Source: Takakia lepidozioides (taxonomy: Eukaryota; Plantae; Bryophyta). Taken from it: 64,000 bases of DNA. Positions within the stretch are counted from its first letter, which is position 1. Every line of letters begins with the position of its first letter. Positions 63,756 to 64,000 of this stretch are shown here, piece after piece. The position numbers and the translations under genes were made by a program. The notes under the pieces were generated by a model, which was given only the letters and a program-made list of their open reading frames with translations, made no database searches and was not told where the DNA came from. The stretch spans positions 15,996,001 through 16,060,000 of the forward strand of contig CM060732.1 of NCBI GenBank assembly GCA_030704615.1, written 5' to 3'.

Positions 63756-64000
63756 TTGTCTAAACCTCTGACAATGGTGTGCATGTCAATTATCGTAAAC
63801 CCTAAACCCCAAAACATCATGAATGGACTACAAATAATATGACATATCTAATATGGAGAGTGATTATGCACCACAATAGTAACCTACTGTTCTGGAAGGA
63901 AAAAATGTGATAGAACATATGTGCACGTCCCTGGAGCGAGCCAATGAATTATGGAAGTGATGCCCTCACCTTCGATTCTTGTAATACAACATCACAAATT

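Noticed and set aside
63174-63812. CCCTAAA telomere-like motifs at ~63175 and ~63798
   Set aside because: Only 1-2 units each; not a telomeric array.

Overview
Repeat-dense eukaryotic DNA, most likely from a non-seed land plant (spliceosomal introns, a PLS-type PPR fragment, plant-type RNF10, CG/CHG-type decay of TE ORFs); the species cannot be named from sequence alone. There is one clear host gene, a multi-exon RNF10-like RING E3 (26456-33081, +), with an N-terminal PAM2 motif and a TSD-flanked LINE in intron 1. The rest is nested, mostly decayed mobile DNA. (i) Two full copies and one fragment of a Mutator-like DDE transposase with a GCM-like N-terminal Zn domain and a C-terminal SWIM module, flanked by long arrays of the palindrome GGAAATGCGGnnCCGCATTTCC; copy 1 carries a ~0.9-kb fold-back. 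(ii) A ~9.4-kb cassette bounded by TGCGACCACC..GGTGGTCGCA palindrome arrays holding convergent RING and protein-kinase pseudogenes, with a second family member at the window end. (iii) A Sola1-like DDD transposase and a stand-alone SWIM module. (iv) An intron-containing Crypton/DUF3504-type tyrosine recombinase. (v) Two Ty3/gypsy families, one apparently split in mid-integrase with its 3' half inverted. Some frameshifts may be long-read consensus errors. Domain calls are by-eye motif recognition, not database searches.
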